From a virus (taxonomy: Duplodnaviria; Caudoviricetes), in IMG/VR virus record IMGVR_UViG_3300047159_000046: a stretch of 64,000 nucleotides of DNA, one strand, 5' to 3'. A program made the translations under genes and the position numbers. Under the pieces are notes generated by a model, which saw only the letters and a list, made by a program, of their open reading frames with translations, did no database searches and was not told where the DNA came from. Position 1 is the stretch's first letter; each line of letters starts with the position of its first letter. Shown piece by piece: positions 61,141 through 64,000 of this stretch.

Positions 61141-62841
61141 TTATTTTTCTATAATTGTTCGTATTGACGGAGTGACATCATCCAAAGGAACAAGCGTATA
61201 ATTGCCATCTCCCCCCAAATGCACAAGCCTTCTGGCAATAACCTTTAATCCTATATTCTCCAATGGAATCTGATAACAACTCTGCTGAATAGTATATAAT
61301 CCTAATGGCTCATCATAATATTGTCCGAAAGGATTAAGCAATACGGTTGATCTGCTCCTTGAATAATCATTCAACAACGTCTTATTTGTATTGTGGGTGA
61401 CTATGAAATCATATCCAGCCAAATAAGTGTGAGTATCACTGTCAACCTCTATGCATCTTGTCGGAACAGATTTACAATTGTCTATTCCATCAATATATAC
61501 ATATTCTTTTGTGTCCTTGTCATAATCCAATACAAAAGAAACAATATCCGTTTTGGAATTTATATCACATGAGATGCCAAGAGAAGAAATCAATGATATG
61601 ATATTTTTTCTTAACAGTTTTGTTTTAAATATGACTTTGACATTCCGTTTACCATCCGTATTCTCTGAATCCTCAAAATAATCAAAATATGTATTCGCAA
61701 TATTGCAATCTGTAATATGATTCAATATTTCTATTTTTTTTGATCTGTCCATCAATCCCATATTGAAAATAGGAATATCATCACTATCAAAAAATACATA
61801 TCTATTCTTTAAAAAATCCTTTTTCTTGTTGGTTAATCTACTTCCCTTGCAAAAAAACAGAAAATCCCAAAAGTTCATATAAACAGCAGGCAAACTTCCA
61901 TTGGCTATACTGGTATCTATTTTATTCACACTATTACAGATTGATATCTTTGGAAAATCTGGTCGGTAATATTTATGTTCATTCATATAATCCTTTAATT
62001 CAGCAGTGGTTTTAACCTGCTCTTCATCGTTTATATAAACAAGCCATCTATGGTCCGAATCAGCCACAATTGAATGTCCATTGCTGAAATATAATTTCAT
62101 ACATGGATTATGGTGAATTTCGGACACATGCTTTATTTTTGTCCATTCCCCATTTTTATCAAGAACCTTGTCTGCCGTGGATATATCACCCATTTTCATC
62201 CAACCGCTATCTGTCATTATAGGAGTATCAACAGGAAGTCCCTTGTAATCAAATATGCAGAATCCATCTTTGCTTTCATCTGCCTCGTTATGATAATACA
62301 ATAACAAATCGAATGTTCCAGCATAATTCACGTCTGTTGTCTTGCTAAATTCTCCGACTCCCGTATATACAGAAGTCTCTGCCAATACAAAATGCAAATC
62401 GGGTATCATATTATCCCAGAATTTTCTGGCTGCCTGTTCTTTTAATGACAAAACAGAATCATCAATGATAGGTTCCAATCTTCCGTTAATAAGTTGATTT
62501 TTAGCACTTTCGCATATTTTGTCGGGTTGATTATCCTTATACCATGCTATGCTTTCTGCAAATTCATGAACCTGTGTACCCATATTACAGGCATCATCAG
62601 CTAATTCTTTCCACTTTTGAGTCCAATATGGTCCGTCAAATCCATGTTTTATGGCATAGCGTTTGGCTATCTCATCAAAATTAGCATAGGGTTTATAATT
62701 ATGTGTGAAATTTGACACGCAATCATATTCTTTTCCGTTGACAAAATATTGATGCGTATCCTCCTTGAATTGCAAACCATTAAAAGTGGAATGTATCTTT
62801 TCCCTTGCCTCTTCTATGATTTTCTTATAATTATCGGACAT
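61141..62841 (-). CDS. PD-(D/E)xK (Cas4/RecB-like) exonuclease containing an intein
   Basis: F.EDTH.Y, GT.VH, AGTFDLL, DYK|TNK, Y.IQ..CY. Confidence 0.85.
   Translation of the reverse strand: MSDNYKKIIEEAREKIHSTFNGLQFKEDTHQYFVNGKEYDCVSNFTHNYKPYANFDEIAKRYAIKHGFDGPYWTQKWKELADDACNMGTQVHEFAESIAWYKDNQPDKICESAKNQLINGRLEPIIDDSVLSLKEQAARKFWDNMIPDLHFVLAETSVYTGVGEFSKTTDVNYAGTFDLLLYYHNEADESKDGFCIFDYKGLPVDTPIMTDSGWMKMGDISTADKVLDKNGEWTKIKHVSEIHHNPCMKLYFSNGHSIVADSDHRWLVYINDEEQVKTTAELKDYMNEHKYYRPDFPKISICNSVNKIDTSIANGSLPAVYMNFWDFLFFCKGSRLTNKKKDFLKNRYVFFDSDDIPIFNMGLMDRSKKIEILNHITDCNIANTYFDYFEDSENTDGKRNVKVIFKTKLLRKNIISLISSLGISCDINSKTDIVSFVLDYDKDTKEYVYIDGIDNCKSVPTRCIEVDSDTHTYLAGYDFIVTHNTNKTLLNDYSRSRSTVLLNPFGQYYDEPLGLYTIQQSCYQIPLENIGLKVIARRLVHLGGDGNYTLVPLDDVTPSIRTIIEK
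61390..62241 (-). mobile_element. class 3 intein (284 aa, Gly1)
   Basis: GLPVDTPI start, block B DHRW, block F TRCIEV, block G VTHN/T. Confidence 0.85.
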
Positions 62842-62895
62842 ATATTATCATATTATTTATTATAATCATTCGCAAAGATATAATAATATTTTCAA

Positions 62896-64000
62896 TTATA
62901 CAACTTTAACCGCATAATTATTTTTTCCATCCATAACATTTCTGAATGTGGCATATTGAGTATCTGTTCCTGTATAATATGAACTTGATTTCAGTCTATC
63001 ATACAAAGCCTGCAGAATATAAATATCAAATTCTTTAAGACCTGTTCTATCCTGAACATTATTCATCATATAAACCATCGAATCCACCATTTTATCAGAA
63101 TATTTATAACATGTTCTGAAATCTATATAATAATTTGTAAGACCTGAATAACCAAGGTTTGAAATCTTGAATGATTCCAATGAATTGCAGTTACGGAACA
63201 TAGCTTCCACGTGTTTTGTTTGGTTCATATTAATCACAACATCTCCTGTTAAAGCAGAACAATTATAAAACATGGCATTTGCGTTAATTATATTTTGCAT
63301 GTTATTTTTAGATCCCAAAGTTATTAAAGAAGAACATCCCTCAAACATGGAATGTGCATCTTCTACTTTTTCAAACGTTACAGTATCATTCAATTCCGTC
63401 AACGAGGAACAACTGAAAAACATTGTATTCGCACTTATAACAGAATCAAATGAAGCATTAGATATAGAGTTTAATGAATTACATTTATAAAAAAGAGCTT
63501 CGGCATTAGTCATGCCTGTAAACTTCCAATCCTTTGGTATACGAATCAGATTGGTCATCTCATCAAACATATAATGTCCATCTAAAATATAATCAGTGGA
63601 TGTCCATTGAGTGTTATCAAAAGAAGTGATAGCACTACAATACATAAACATACTTTCAGTAGATATTATATTATTAGGACCAAAATCATCTGGAAGTTTG
63701 GATAAAGAATGGCATCCTTCAAACATTTTTTCCGCATACTTCAATCCTTTAAAAGATATATTATCAGATAAAGTATTCAAAGATGTATCATATAAAAACA
63801 TACTGGATGCACTAATGACACTATCATAATTATAATTGCTTGTCATTGATGGAAGATTCATACAACCAGCAAACATTAACTCCGTACAAAGAGCCTTATC
63901 TACATTTAATTCTGGTGTGATATAAGATAAAGATGGACATCCTTCTGCAAAAGCATAAAAATCCTTTTGATTGGACGTGTCTATTTTTAATATTTTTTGT
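62896..64000 (-). CDS. DUF285/BspA-like leucine-rich repeat protein (5' partial)
   Basis: Repeated xxxMFxxCxxL units; frame open to the window edge. Confidence 0.85.
   Translation of the reverse strand, partial: QKILKIDTSNQKDFYAFAEGCPSLSYITPELNVDKALCTELMFAGCMNLPSMTSNYNYDSVISASSMFLYDTSLNTLSDNISFKGLKYAEKMFEGCHSLSKLPDDFGPNNIISTESMFMYCSAITSFDNTQWTSTDYILDGHYMFDEMTNLIRIPKDWKFTGMTNAEALFYKCNSLNSISNASFDSVISANTMFFSCSSLTELNDTVTFEKVEDAHSMFEGCSSLITLGSKNNMQNIINANAMFYNCSALTGDVVINMNQTKHVEAMFRNCNSLESFKISNLGYSGLTNYYIDFRTCYKYSDKMVDSMVYMMNNVQDRTGLKEFDIYILQALYDRLKSSSYYTGTDTQYATFRNVMDGKNNYAVKVV

Noticed and set aside
1354-63829. Many short antisense ORFs in the ORF track (e.g. 15965-16495, 31920-32570, 8421-8957)
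   Set aside because: Shadows of longer opposite-strand genes, with no promoter or recognisable motif
1-64000. Lak-type TAG-to-Gln recoding
   Set aside because: Long genes are uninterrupted in code 11, and TAG ends several genes at sensible positions (e.g. 46681, 48251, 23798)

Overview
This AT-rich window looks like part of a large (jumbo-type) dsDNA phage of Bacteroidota. Evidence: dense short hypothetical genes, Bacteroidota -7 promoters (TAnnTTTG, mostly TATCTTTG), intrinsic terminators, a phage sigma-70-like factor, two beta-clamp paralogues and no rRNA or housekeeping operons. It reads in the standard genetic code. Left arm (1-17.7 kb): minus-strand, mostly early-type genes. At 18.1-18.8 kb transcription diverges and G/C skew flips around a 122-bp (34+34+54) higher-order repeat, a candidate origin. 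The 21-52 kb accessory region holds nine DNA methyltransferase genes: MT-A70, Dam/D12, beta-class and six mosaic EcoRI-methylase-family paralogues next to a DUF262-HNH nuclease. It also holds an intact-looking TnpB followed by a tandem array of ~155-nt structured RNA-like repeats, an IS1595 remnant, RNA-repair genes, and gene cassettes sharing a sigma-54-consensus site, a poly-G tract, a TATTTAT motif and an N-terminal MRRIRLTEGQLH..E leader. Right end: probable late genes, sigma factor, degenerate nicotinamidase, GT25, a PD-(D/E)xK nuclease split by a Gly-initiated class 3 intein, and a DUF285/BspA-like repeat protein. Several single-base frameshifts may be sequencing errors. All family calls come from motif recognition by eye, not from database searches.
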